Positions 24,483 through 32,806 of a stretch of 36,682 bases of DNA are shown piece by piece; position 1 is the first letter of the stretch; each line of letters begins with the position of its first letter. The notes below the pieces were generated by a model. It was not told the DNA's origin and did no database searches. It saw only the letters and a program-made list of their open reading frames with translations. The position numbers were made by a program, and so were the translations under genes. The DNA comes from a virus, in the IMG/VR virus record IMGVR_UViG_3300006217_000225, one strand, 5' to 3'.

Positions 24483-24575
24483 CATTCCGCGGTTTTGGTT
24501 AGAACTGGTGTGTGTCGCTCCACCAGCTGACCATGATGGCGATGGCGAGCATGAGTACGATGGCGAGCACGTCTC

Positions 24576-24908
24576 TCACGTGTTGGCTGCCTGTTCTGCG
24601 GGCGCTCGCCGGTATCGGTCGATGAGGTCGTGATGTGCGCTGATGAACGCGCCCCAGTCGATGCGCTCGCCGGTGTCGACGGTGCGGCGGCCTCGGCGTG
24701 TGGTTTTGCGCATGCCGCAGCCTTTTCCGCAGCCAGAGGCGTAGCCGCGGTTGATGGCGGCGAGGAGCGCGTCGGTGCGTTTGATGATGTGGCGGCCGCA
24801 TTCGCATTCGCATTCCCATAGTCCGGTGCGGTTTCTGTGTCCAATGAGGCCGATGACGAGCAGGTGCCCGATTTGTTTGCCTGGGTGGATGATGGTTGAG
24901 TCGCTCAT
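24576..24908 (-). CDS. Zinc-ribbon protein (110 aa), function unknown, possible regulator
   Basis: WECECECG...GCGKGCG Cys clusters. Last gene before the late leader. Confidence 0.55.
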   Translation of the reverse strand: MSDSTIIHPGKQIGHLLVIGLIGHRNRTGLWECECECGRHIIKRTDALLAAINRGYASGCGKGCGMRKTTRRGRRTVDTGERIDWGAFISAHHDLIDRYRRAPAEQAANT

Positions 24909-24911
24909 CGG

Positions 24912-25094
24912 TCATCTCCCGATTTTGCGGAGGCGGTCGCGTAGCCGGCGTTCGCCTTGTGGGTCGTTGGGGCAGTCGTAGCGTTTGTCGATGGCGTGCG
25001 GGCAGCGGCCGATGCCCTGGTCGGTGCGGCCGCAGTGTTCGCAGCGGTGCATGGGGTCGGGTATGGCGAACGGCAATGGCGTGGTGTTGCTCAT
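24912..25094 (-). CDS. Small Cys-rich protein (60 aa)
   Basis: MSNTTPLPF...HRCEHCG...GRCPH...YDCP. TAATG overlap with the upstream stop. The longer upstream extension in the ORF track was rejected. Confidence 0.5.
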   Translation of the reverse strand: MSNTTPLPFAIPDPMHRCEHCGRTDQGIGRCPHAIDKRYDCPNDPQGERRLRDRLRKIGR

Positions 25095-25903
25095 TAGTGC
25101 TCCTCTCTGGTTTGTTTTCGGTTGGCTACGGCGAGTAGGTCGGTGAGGTCCCATTCCCAGTAGCGGCCCTCGATGTGGCGTGGGTGGATCCTGCCTTGTT
25201 GGCGGGCGTTCATCAGGTCGCGGCCGGTGACGTGGACGCGCAGGTTGTGGCGGATCCATTTGGCTGCAGCGCCTTGGGTGCGGGTGATGTGCAGTACGCC
25301 GGCGGAGGTCAGGTAGGCGGCGCGCACGTCGCGTAGGGTGAGGAATTCGCCGCATGCTGGGCACACGGCGTATTGCGTGTCGGGGTCGGCGAGTATCGGT
25401 GTGCGTGTCTCGGGCAGGCATGTGGGGCATACGCCGATGAGGCGGCGTTCCGCGCGGGGTTCGCTCATGGCACTGACCCGTTCATGCAGGCTGGTGAGTT
25501 GACGGTCCCAGTCCGCGATGTCGGGCAGTTTCCAGATGCGCCCCGACCAGCCGATCAGGTGGGGGATGAGCCATGCCCAGTCGTGTATGCTCACGGGTTG
25601 GCCGTCCCGGTCGTGGCCGATGGGTGTCAATCCGATGCGGCCGCCCAGGTGCTGCAGCCATTGCTCCACCTCGCGGTAGAGGTCGAGGGCGGTCTCGTCG
25701 ATGGGTGGCTGGCTGTCGGCCGTGGTGCGGGCCACACGGGTCGACGACCGGTCGAGGTTGACCTGCCGGTAGGCGACCGCCTGCAATGCGGGCAAGCCGA
25801 TGCGGTCCAACCACGCCAGACGGTCGGCGAATTCGGTGGCGCATGTCTGGCACACCGCCAGGCCGTTGCCGTTCGTGGTCTCGCAGATCGCGCAGCTGCT
25901 CAT
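25094..25903 (-). CDS. 269-aa protein with two zinc ribbons and a C-terminal excisionase/MerR-like HTH
   Basis: CAIC...CQTC at the N-terminus. CPTC...CPAC in the middle. The C-terminal ...WIRHNLRVHVTGRDL...YWEWDLTDLL resembles HTH_17. Start chosen at the ATG at 25903 (4-nt overlap). Confidence 0.6.
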   Translation of the reverse strand: MSSCAICETTNGNGLAVCQTCATEFADRLAWLDRIGLPALQAVAYRQVNLDRSSTRVARTTADSQPPIDETALDLYREVEQWLQHLGGRIGLTPIGHDRDGQPVSIHDWAWLIPHLIGWSGRIWKLPDIADWDRQLTSLHERVSAMSEPRAERRLIGVCPTCLPETRTPILADPDTQYAVCPACGEFLTLRDVRAAYLTSAGVLHITRTQGAAAKWIRHNLRVHVTGRDLMNARQQGRIHPRHIEGRYWEWDLTDLLAVANRKQTREEH

Positions 25904-26079
25904 CGGCGGCCCTTCGTGGTCGGCGGCTGGTCGGTGTGGGCGCGTTTTTGGCGGTTGATGTCGTGCATCATGCCGGTCAGCACGGCGATGCTCAACTGGG
26001 TGCGGGCGTGCACGCTCTCGATGTCGTCGCCCGCTTCGAGCATGCGCCATGCGCGTTCGCTGAGTTTGCTGCTGCTCAT
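25900..26079 (-). CDS. Small 59-aa protein (HTH-like)
   Basis: ATGA overlaps at both ends. Sequence MSSSKLSERAWRMLEAGDDIESVHARTQLSIAVLTGMM. Confidence 0.5.
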   Translation of the reverse strand: MSSSKLSERAWRMLEAGDDIESVHARTQLSIAVLTGMMHDINRQKRAHTDQPPTTKGRR

Positions 26080-27083
26080 GCGTGTTCCTCCCTGGTCTGG
26101 ATCGCGTTGTCGAGGGTCTGGCCGATGACGGTGTCTGCGGCGGTGTGCCAGTCGTCCCCGTCTCGGATGCGTTGGTTGACGTCGGGGTGCAGGCGCATGA
26201 CGGTCAGGTAGTCGATGCCGGCGTCGAGCAGGCGGGCGTCGAAATTGTTCGCGAACCAGTAGTCGCTTGGCAGTGGCACGTCCTTGGGTTTCGGAAGCCA
26301 GTCGCGCCATTGGCCGCGTTCGAGCCAGTTAGCCATCGTCGGTGTCCAGCGGGCGTCGTCACGGTTGGCGGCGGTGTGGGCGGCGTACGCGTCGACGCTC
26401 GCGCGGAGCCTTCCGGCGTCGGTGTCGGCGAGGGTGTCGCGCCAGACGCGTCTGGTCTTGGTTTTCGAGCCGGTGTGTTTGGGGTAGGCGTCCCATGCGG
26501 CGTCGAACCCGTCGTCGTCTGGGTCGTCGTGGTTGGGGGAATCATCGCTGCCCGTCCCCGTGGGGGGACTATAGGGGGGTATATCTGTTTCTATATCTGT
26601 TTCTGCTTCGTTTTGCTTCGTGTTTGCTTGAGCACTTGCTTCGGTTTTGCTTCGCTCTTGCTTCGGTTCGGCTTCGGTTGTATGTGTTTCTGCTTCGTTT
26701 TGCTTCGTGTTTGCTTGCGTCGCGCGGCTCTCACCGGACTTCCTGCCGCCCTTGCGGCCGGCGGCGGCGCGCTTGGCGCGCAGATCCTCCTGCTCGCCAC
26801 TGGATATTTGCGACTTGAGGAAGTCGTGGATTAGCCAGCCGCCGTCTACGGGGTCGATGAACCCGGCTTCCTGCAGTGCGGTGATGTCGTCGTCGGTGCC
26901 GCCGAGGAAGGTGCGCATCGCGAAGTCCTCGACATAGCCGTCGCTTTTGCGGTCGACGGCGTAGGTGATGGCGAGCACCCACAGGAACGCGGCCTGCGCG
27001 TGTTCGGCGGCGAACGAGCGCACTTTGACGTTGAGGTAGAGCTTCGCCGAGAGTTTCGCGAAGGTCGTCATGTCCTGTGCCAT
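26076..27083 (-). CDS. Putative replication initiator / replisome organiser
   Basis: The N-terminus is winged-helix-like. The central low-complexity region is encoded by an iteron-like array. Positioned between the recombination genes and the late regulators. Confidence 0.45.
   Translation of the reverse strand: MAQDMTTFAKLSAKLYLNVKVRSFAAEHAQAAFLWVLAITYAVDRKSDGYVEDFAMRTFLGGTDDDITALQEAGFIDPVDGGWLIHDFLKSQISSGEQEDLRAKRAAAGRKGGRKSGESRATQANTKQNEAETHTTEAEPKQERSKTEASAQANTKQNEAETDIETDIPPYSPPTGTGSDDSPNHDDPDDDGFDAAWDAYPKHTGSKTKTRRVWRDTLADTDAGRLRASVDAYAAHTAANRDDARWTPTMANWLERGQWRDWLPKPKDVPLPSDYWFANNFDARLLDAGIDYLTVMRLHPDVNQRIRDGDDWHTAADTVIGQTLDNAIQTREEHA
26581..26720. repeat. Iteron-like array (candidate origin of replication) inside the replication gene
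   Basis: Ten (T)TGCTT(C)G-type motif copies at 10-12 bp spacing with one 21-bp gap (8 exact GCTTCG + 2 GCTTG variants). An exact 32-nt duplication occurs at 26599-26630 and 26686-26717. atatctgtttct occurs twice at 26581-26604. The patch is locally AT-richer. Confidence 0.6.
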
Positions 27084-27108
27084 GTCTGCTCCCTGAAAAG
27101 ATGGTGAC

Positions 27109-27148
27109 CGGCATGGGGTGGAACGTGCTGTGGTCCCGTCCCATGCCG
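27109..27148 (-). promoter_or_regulatory. Intergenic stem-loop between the resolvase and replication genes
   Basis: cggcatggg (27109-27117) pairs with cccatgccg (27140-27148). The stem extends with G-U pairs to about 13 bp. Confidence 0.4.
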
Positions 27149-27156
27149 TTGGTTGG

Positions 27157-27651
27157 TTATTCCTGGTCTGGTCCCAAGGGGAGTCCGTGGTTGAGCAATC
27201 GCGCCATGTCCGCGAGGTCCATGCCGATCAGCTCGCCGTTGCGGGGGATGGCCTCGGTTTTGGCCATCAGTGCGGTGGCGGCGTCGTCATGGAGCGTGGA
27301 CACCATGGCGGCGAGCACGTCACGGCGCGTGTAGGCGAGATGCCGGCCGACCGTGTCGCGGTGTGTGATGCCGATGCCGGGGCGTTTCCAGACGACGATG
27401 CCCAGGTTCGCGTCACTGTTGGCCATCTCCACGAGGCATTCGGCCCAATGCCTGCGGTAGTGCGGGGCGCGTGTGGCCTTGCATTCGACCGTGACGCGGG
27501 CCCCGCGATGGTAGATGCCGCCGATGTCGCCCACGTCCTTGCTGCCGTGCAGCGTGAGCCGGTGGACGCGGTCGTCGCCGAGGGCCCACCGCAGGTAATC
27601 CACCACCGCGGTCTCGAAGCGCGTGCCCTTGTCTTTGCTGGGGTTGCTCAC
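27157..27651 (-). CDS. PD-(D/E)xK Holliday-junction resolvase-like nuclease
   Basis: KGTRFE ... DIGG ... VECK motif order, as in archaeal Hjc / phage resolvases. GTG start in a GTGA overlap. Confidence 0.65.
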   Translation of the reverse strand: MSNPSKDKGTRFETAVVDYLRWALGDDRVHRLTLHGSKDVGDIGGIYHRGARVTVECKATRAPHYRRHWAECLVEMANSDANLGIVVWKRPGIGITHRDTVGRHLAYTRRDVLAAMVSTLHDDAATALMAKTEAIPRNGELIGMDLADMARLLNHGLPLGPDQE

Positions 27652-27971
27652 TGGGTGGCCTCCAGTGCCGATGCGTCTCGCTGCGCCTGCCGTCTGTTGG
27701 CCAGATGCTGGTGCGGGTTGCGTAGGATCCAGTTGATCTGCGCGCCGAGCTTGATCACCTGCCGTGCGATGGTGGTCGTATCGGAGAGGACTTCGCCACG
27801 CCAGCCGAGCATGGTGTCGTCATCGAACTTCTTGCCGCTTTTGGCCAGATAGTTCGCGCCCATGTCCATGATCTTGTTGGCTGCTGGCAGCAGGTCCGCA
27901 TAGTCGAACTCGAGGTCCTCGTCGGCGTCCGGGCCGAAGAGCGCGCTCTGCACGAGATGATTGTTTGCCAT
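27648..27971 (-). CDS. Hypothetical protein (107 aa)
   Basis: Clean ATG, coupled to its downstream neighbour. No motif recognised. Confidence 0.55.
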   Translation of the reverse strand: MANNHLVQSALFGPDADEDLEFDYADLLPAANKIMDMGANYLAKSGKKFDDDTMLGWRGEVLSDTTTIARQVIKLGAQINWILRNPHQHLANRRQAQRDASALEATQ

Positions 27972-27980
27972 GGTGTGCTC

Positions 27981-28436
27981 CTAGAATTCGAAATCGTCGT
28001 TGTTGGTCGCCCACGGGTCTGTGGCCGGCTGGCCCATGTGAGGTTGTGATGCTGGTGGCTGTTGTGCGCCGGTGAACCCGCCATGCTGTCCTCCGCCCTT
28101 GGGTTTGTGGCCGAGTACGTAGAAGCGTGTGGGGTAGATGTGTTTGAACGTGCCGCCCTTGCTGACCTTGGTCTCGGTGAGCTTGCCGGCGACGAATACC
28201 TGCACGCTGTCACCGCCCTGCAGCCAGTATTCGATCTCACCGGCAGTGGCTTGCAGCCGCTGGTTGTCGGCGTGCACGGACACGTCGAAGTAGATCGTTT
28301 CCAGATCGACCCACTGGTTCTGTTGTTTGTCGAAGCGTGCCGGGGTGACGCACACGTTGATGACGGTGCCGCCGTCCTGGAAGCGTTTGACGCCGAACGC
28401 GTGGCCTTCGACCTCGATCAGTGGTTCACGCGCCAT
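27981..28436 (-). CDS. ssb: Single-stranded DNA-binding protein
   Basis: OB-fold-sized N-terminus, Gly/Gln/Pro-rich linker and acidic tail NNDDFEF. Confidence 0.8.
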   Translation of the reverse strand: MAREPLIEVEGHAFGVKRFQDGGTVINVCVTPARFDKQQNQWVDLETIYFDVSVHADNQRLQATAGEIEYWLQGGDSVQVFVAGKLTETKVSKGGTFKHIYPTRFYVLGHKPKGGGQHGGFTGAQQPPASQPHMGQPATDPWATNNDDFEF

Positions 28437-29313
28437 GGGTCACCTCACCGTCTGTCGTGGTGTCTTCCGCCGGGTCCGTTGGCGTGGTGAATTCGGCGGT
28501 GTCGACCGGCGGCTCATGCTCCTGTGGGGCGTCGGCCTCAAAGGTGGGGAACGTGGGTGTGAACACGTCGGAATAGTCCGGTGTGGTTCCGTCGGATTCG
28601 GCGGCCGTCCGGGCTTCCGTGCTCACGGGCAGGTATTTGAAGCTGCGGCGGATGACGGTCTTCAACGCCATGGCCTCGTAGTCGGTCTTCCACGGGGTGG
28701 TCTTCGCTTTGGCGCTGGAGGAGCGTCGCATGATCGCGTCGACCTCAGCGCGGGTCATGTGCTCGAACACGAACCCGCCGTTGAGCAGTTGCGCGTTGAC
28801 GTACACGTCGGTGAGCTTGTCGGGGACGTGCTCCGCTGCACGGTTCGCCTTGAATTTGAAGTGCTGGCCGGTCTCGTCCTCCCAATAGTCGAACTCGTCG
28901 CCCTCGTACACGGCCTGCGCGTGGATGCTCTTGAGGTCGCCCGAGCGTCGGGCGAGTTCGATCATGCCCTTGTAGCCGATGATGAGCGTCGCTTCGCTCT
29001 GCCCGGTGCGGTAGTTCTTGTTGCCGTAGGGCAGGATGTACGCCATGCCGAGCCCGTTCACATTCGAAGGTTCCAACCCCAGCGACGTGCAGCGCATGAA
29101 ACAGGAGAGCACGCTTTCGACGGTGCATTCGGCGAGTTTTGGTTCGCGGTTGATCGCGCTCACGAACATCTGGTAGAGGCGCTGCTCGTTCATCTCGCGC
29201 GGCATGACCGCGGCGATGCGAGACCAGGAGCGTTGCAGCACCTGCTGCAGGCCCTTGGCGGGGGATAGTGTGGTCAGTTGGCGCTGCTGCGCCTGGTGTG
29301 CGATCGCTCCCAT
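28426..29313 (-). CDS. recT: RecT-family single-strand annealing recombinase
   Basis: SVLSCFMRCTSLGLEP, AYILPYG and LIIGYKGMIELARRSG motifs. Paired with an upstream exonuclease. Confidence 0.85.
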   Translation of the reverse strand: MGAIAHQAQQRQLTTLSPAKGLQQVLQRSWSRIAAVMPREMNEQRLYQMFVSAINREPKLAECTVESVLSCFMRCTSLGLEPSNVNGLGMAYILPYGNKNYRTGQSEATLIIGYKGMIELARRSGDLKSIHAQAVYEGDEFDYWEDETGQHFKFKANRAAEHVPDKLTDVYVNAQLLNGGFVFEHMTRAEVDAIMRRSSSAKAKTTPWKTDYEAMALKTVIRRSFKYLPVSTEARTAAESDGTTPDYSDVFTPTFPTFEADAPQEHEPPVDTAEFTTPTDPAEDTTTDGEVTHGA

Positions 29314-29338
29314 GAGGGATCCTTTCGATTGTTGTTGG

Positions 29339-30310
29339 TTACAGTGGTTTGACGAAGAAGCGCCGCTGCTCGTACGCGTCCTTCGCGGGAATGGTTTTCT
29401 CTGGTTGGGCCTTGAAATGGATGGTCTTGTAGCCGACCTGACAGGTGCTGCTGATCAGGCCTGCGCGGTCCGCTCCGACCATCGTCTTGAGCTGCTCGGC
29501 GACGTGGGTCTTCTGTTTCTTGGCGGTTTTCTCGGTGTCGTCGAGCGACTGCCACAGGCTGGCGAGCCGGTCGAACTCCTGGTCATCGGCCTGCTCGAAC
29601 CCGTCGGGCTGTTCACGGGTCTGCATGTCATCGACGTCAGGGACGGTCAACGCGGGAGGCTCGTCACGTTCGACATACCCCCAGAACGATTCCGCAGCGG
29701 TGATGGCCGCCGTGATGTCGTCCTCGTCGCGTTCGAACATGATCTCGACCGGTTCCGCTTCGCCGATGTCCGCGTAGACCACGCCCCACGTCCAACCGGT
29801 GACGGACAGATAGTGCGTGACCTGTGCCATGTAATAGTCGGGAATCATCAGGTTGCCGTCCGTGTCATGCCAGTCGGTCGCCCCGCGGTGCGCGTTCGCG
29901 GTCTTGATCTCGAGCACGCCATGGCCGCGCGCCTCGTCGTAGAGGATCCCGTCGAGCGAGGCGTGCATGCATGGGTGGGTGTTGCTGACCAGGCTCTTGT
30001 CTGTGCCGTCATAGCATTCCCATTCCGGGTGCAGGCTGCGGAAGCGTGCACGCAACGCGGTTTCGAGCGCGTTGCCCTTGACGACAGCCCATTTGCCGCT
30101 GATATCCATGTGCTGTTCGCGTCCGGTCTTCTCCAACCACAGCGTGTATGGTGTCGCGTATTTGTTCAATCCGAGGATCGTGGACAGGTCGGAGCCTCCC
30201 ACGCCATGGTCGCGTTGGGTGAGCCATGCCTCATGCCGTTCGGTGGCTGTGCGCTGGTTGAACCGGATGACGTGGAATGCGTCGCAGTCCTTGAGCAGAT
30301 GCCGCGCCAT
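29339..30310 (-). CDS. YqaJ/lambda-Exo-like recombination exonuclease
   Basis: GVGGSDLSTILGLNKYATPYTLW, DG...LEIKT and YYMAQVTHYL motifs of the YqaJ PD-(D/E)xK exonuclease family. Confidence 0.85.
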   Translation of the reverse strand: MARHLLKDCDAFHVIRFNQRTATERHEAWLTQRDHGVGGSDLSTILGLNKYATPYTLWLEKTGREQHMDISGKWAVVKGNALETALRARFRSLHPEWECYDGTDKSLVSNTHPCMHASLDGILYDEARGHGVLEIKTANAHRGATDWHDTDGNLMIPDYYMAQVTHYLSVTGWTWGVVYADIGEAEPVEIMFERDEDDITAAITAAESFWGYVERDEPPALTVPDVDDMQTREQPDGFEQADDQEFDRLASLWQSLDDTEKTAKKQKTHVAEQLKTMVGADRAGLISSTCQVGYKTIHFKAQPEKTIPAKDAYEQRRFFVKPL

Positions 30311-30579
30311 CAGGCTTCCTCCTTGTCGGTGGTGACGCCAACGACGCGCGTGAACGGTGCATACCGGTCGTACCTATTCGTGGTCACCCAATACTCCGGT
30401 TCGCTAGGGTTCATCCAGATACCGTCAATCCTGATGGCGGTGGCGGTGAGGTCGTCGTTGACCAGCCAAACGTCCCCCTCGCAGTCAACCCAGAGACCTG
30501 TGCAGTCCGGCATGCTCTCGGATTCAGGATTGAACGGTTTGACATCGATTTCAATCTCAAAGTGGTATGTCTTTTTCAT
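30310..30579 (-). CDS. Hypothetical protein (89 aa)
   Basis: ATG at 30579. Overlaps the exonuclease start by 1 nt. Confidence 0.55.
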   Translation of the reverse strand: MKKTYHFEIEIDVKPFNPESESMPDCTGLWVDCEGDVWLVNDDLTATAIRIDGIWMNPSEPEYWVTTNRYDRYAPFTRVVGVTTDKEEA

Positions 30580-30609
30580 GGTCGTAAACCTTTTTCTGGT
30601 TGTTTGTTT

Positions 30610-30831
30610 TCAGGCCCGGTAGGCGATGCGGGTGAACACTCGGGCCATGAGCATGCCGCCGATGAGCGAACCCAAATGCAGCACGCTGAGCGTGCCGTGG
30701 GCGGCCGCGTCGAGGGTCCATGCGAACCCCCATAGTGCGAGCACGATGCTCGCCGCCGCGGCGGTCAGGCAGAACACGATCTTCTGTTCCTTCTGCCTGC
30801 ATGTCAGGTGCGGCGTATGTGCATGTTTCAT
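30610..30831 (-). CDS. Small membrane protein (73 aa, 2 TM)
   Basis: ATGA overlap with the upstream gene. Hydrophobic helices IVFCLTAAAASIVLALWGFAW and LHLGSLIGGMLMARVF. Confidence 0.55.
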   Translation of the reverse strand: MKHAHTPHLTCRQKEQKIVFCLTAAAASIVLALWGFAWTLDAAAHGTLSVLHLGSLIGGMLMARVFTRIAYRA

Positions 30832-31223
30832 CGGTGTTCCTCTCCTAGGTAGTCGATGCCGGCCGGGGTGATCTCGTAGCGTGCGCAACGGCGGCCTGAC
30901 GACGTGGTGCCGGTGCGGTCGACCACGCGCATCAATCCCGCGTCGCACAGTTCCTTGAGACGGCTGCGTACGGTGCTGCCGCCCAACGGGCGTGCGTTCG
31001 GGTGGGTGATGTGGTTGAGCTGGTCGGCCATGGGCCACACCACCTCAGCCGTGTACGGTGCCTCGATGCCGCATTCCTCCAACTGCAGGACCGCGCGCAA
31101 CACGGTGCGCTGCTTCTCGGTGACGTTCACGCCCTCGGCCGCCTCCTGCGAAGTGATCGGATCCGTGGCGCGCGCGAGCGCGTGGTCGGGGAGCAGTGGC
31201 TCCAATGCCATGGGCCGGGTCAT
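30828..31223 (-). CDS. Winged-helix (MarR-like) DNA-binding protein
   Basis: ST(V/I)RSRLKELCDAGL...RY..T..G motif, typical of a wHTH recognition helix plus wing. Confidence 0.55.
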   Translation of the reverse strand: MTRPMALEPLLPDHALARATDPITSQEAAEGVNVTEKQRTVLRAVLQLEECGIEAPYTAEVVWPMADQLNHITHPNARPLGGSTVRSRLKELCDAGLMRVVDRTGTTSSGRRCARYEITPAGIDYLGEEHR

Positions 31224-31465
31224 GCCATCACCTCGTCCCTGGGCAGTGTGCGCGTCATCGTCAGACTGTGCGAGGCCATGTAAGCCTCCACGTCAGCCGC
31301 CTCGTAGTACCAGAAGCGCCCGTTGGGGTATGTGTGCCATCTGGGCCCGTGGTCGCCGCACGGCACGCCATGCTCGCGGCGGCCACGGCTGCGCCAGTCA
31401 TAGAGCGTGTTCGGTGCCACGCACATCATCTGCGCCGCCTGACGGTGGGAAAGACGAGTGCTCAT
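31220..31465 (-). CDS. Excisionase-family (HTH_17/MerR-like) DNA-binding protein, candidate Xis/early regulator
   Basis: AAGGAG RBS. LSHRQAAQMMCVAPNTLYDWRSRG motif. The upstream extension in the ORF track was rejected. Confidence 0.55.
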   Translation of the reverse strand: MSTRLSHRQAAQMMCVAPNTLYDWRSRGRREHGVPCGDHGPRWHTYPNGRFWYYEAADVEAYMASHSLTMTRTLPRDEVMA

Positions 31466-31682
31466 GGTGTTCTCCTTGACGTTGGGTCCTTTCCCGCCGC
31501 CGGTAGGCTGGAGGGGTGCAGTAACAACTAGCCGCAGCGATGCGGGAAAGGAAGTATTGGTATGTCTGGGACTGAATATCGTGTGGTGACGTTCACTCAT
31601 CCGACGTCCGCGTTCTTCGGGGCCAATTCCTGTTCCGTACCGTCGAGCGCAAGGCAATCACGTATTCCTGTCGGTTTGGAAA

Positions 31683-32552
31683 TCATTGCCCGCCTCCGTC
31701 GATCAGGTCGTCGATGATGGTGCGGATCTCCTGCAGGGTGGCTTGGCGGACATCGCGTGCGATGGCGGTGTTCGGGGTGTCGAGCAGCCAGACGGGCACG
31801 TCGGTGGGGTCGACCTCATGGCAGCCACCCTTATGCGCGTCGTATGCGACGATCCGCACTGCCGTCCGCCGGCCGGGCGCGTCTGGCGTGTCGGCGTCGT
31901 CCGCATGGTCGCGGGCCGCGAAATAGGCGTCGCGCTCGGCGGCCGTGGGCTCGGCATCTTCACTGTCCTTGTCGATGGTCGTGCACATGGCGCAGGCGCA
32001 CGGAGTGCGCACGTCGTCGGCGTCCGTCTGTGCGTGGGTCCGTTCGCGCAGCGCTTCCAGCCATTTGTCGATGTGGCCGCCGTAGATGTTCACGAGCTCG
32101 TCGACCGCTTCGGCCTTGGAGATCGTGACCATCTCCTCCGTCTCCGCCGGCTCTCCGTCCTCCGCCTGGCACATGGCGCAGGTGCACGGCATAGCATCAT
32201 CGGTATCGGCTGCAACGCCCTTGCCGTCCTCGGCCTTCTGCTGTCGGTCCTCATGGAGGCGGTGGTGCCTGTGGATGGAGGTGGCCCACGCGTTGATGGC
32301 CTCCTTCCAATGGGAGAATGCCAGGGACTGTTCCATCTCGAGGTCGTCGAGGTACGAGTTCCATGCGCGCTGCCGTGGCGTGGCGATGCACGCGCGGCCG
32401 GCGGCCACGTCCTCGCGGTATTCGGCGTACGCCCGGTCGAGGGTCGCCGATGCGGCGCGCGATGCCTCCTCGGCGTCCTCGATGTTCGCTTTGAGCCGCG
32501 CGCAATTTGGGCACTCGTTCCATCCGACGGTCAGGTCACATGTGCTGCTCAT
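31683..32552 (-). CDS. Acidic Cys-motif protein (289 aa), function unknown
   Basis: CPNC followed by two PC(T/A)CAMC motifs. ATGA coupling to the cro-like gene. Confidence 0.6.
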   Translation of the reverse strand: MSSTCDLTVGWNECPNCARLKANIEDAEEASRAASATLDRAYAEYREDVAAGRACIATPRQRAWNSYLDDLEMEQSLAFSHWKEAINAWATSIHRHHRLHEDRQQKAEDGKGVAADTDDAMPCTCAMCQAEDGEPAETEEMVTISKAEAVDELVNIYGGHIDKWLEALRERTHAQTDADDVRTPCACAMCTTIDKDSEDAEPTAAERDAYFAARDHADDADTPDAPGRRTAVRIVAYDAHKGGCHEVDPTDVPVWLLDTPNTAIARDVRQATLQEIRTIIDDLIDGGGQ

Positions 32553-32806
32553 TTCGCCTCTCCTTCCTTGGACGCGAGCGCCTCCGCCTGAGCTATTAGG
32601 TCTGAAACTCTTGTGTCGAGCAGCCCGGATAGCTGCGAGAGCTCGAGCAGATTGAATGGTGAGTTTTCCGGCGAGCTGAGCCGACGCATAAGCGTGGTGC
32701 GTGGGATCCCGCTTTTTTCCGCTGCCGTGATAACGGGTAGTTCGTGCTCGGTAAGGCCTGTGGAGACTGCTGAGGCGACCGCCTCGACGAATTTCATACT
32801 GTCCAT
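32549..32806 (-). CDS. Cro-like HTH regulator (start ambiguous: ATG at 32815, 32806 or 32797)
   Basis: HTH motif AAEKSGIPRTTLMRRL. Divergent from the repressor. The ATG at 32806 lies 7 nt after a TACTAT -10 box. Confidence 0.7.
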   Translation of the reverse strand: MDSMKFVEAVASAVSTGLTEHELPVITAAEKSGIPRTTLMRRLSSPENSPFNLLELSQLSGLLDTRVSDLIAQAEALASKEGEAK

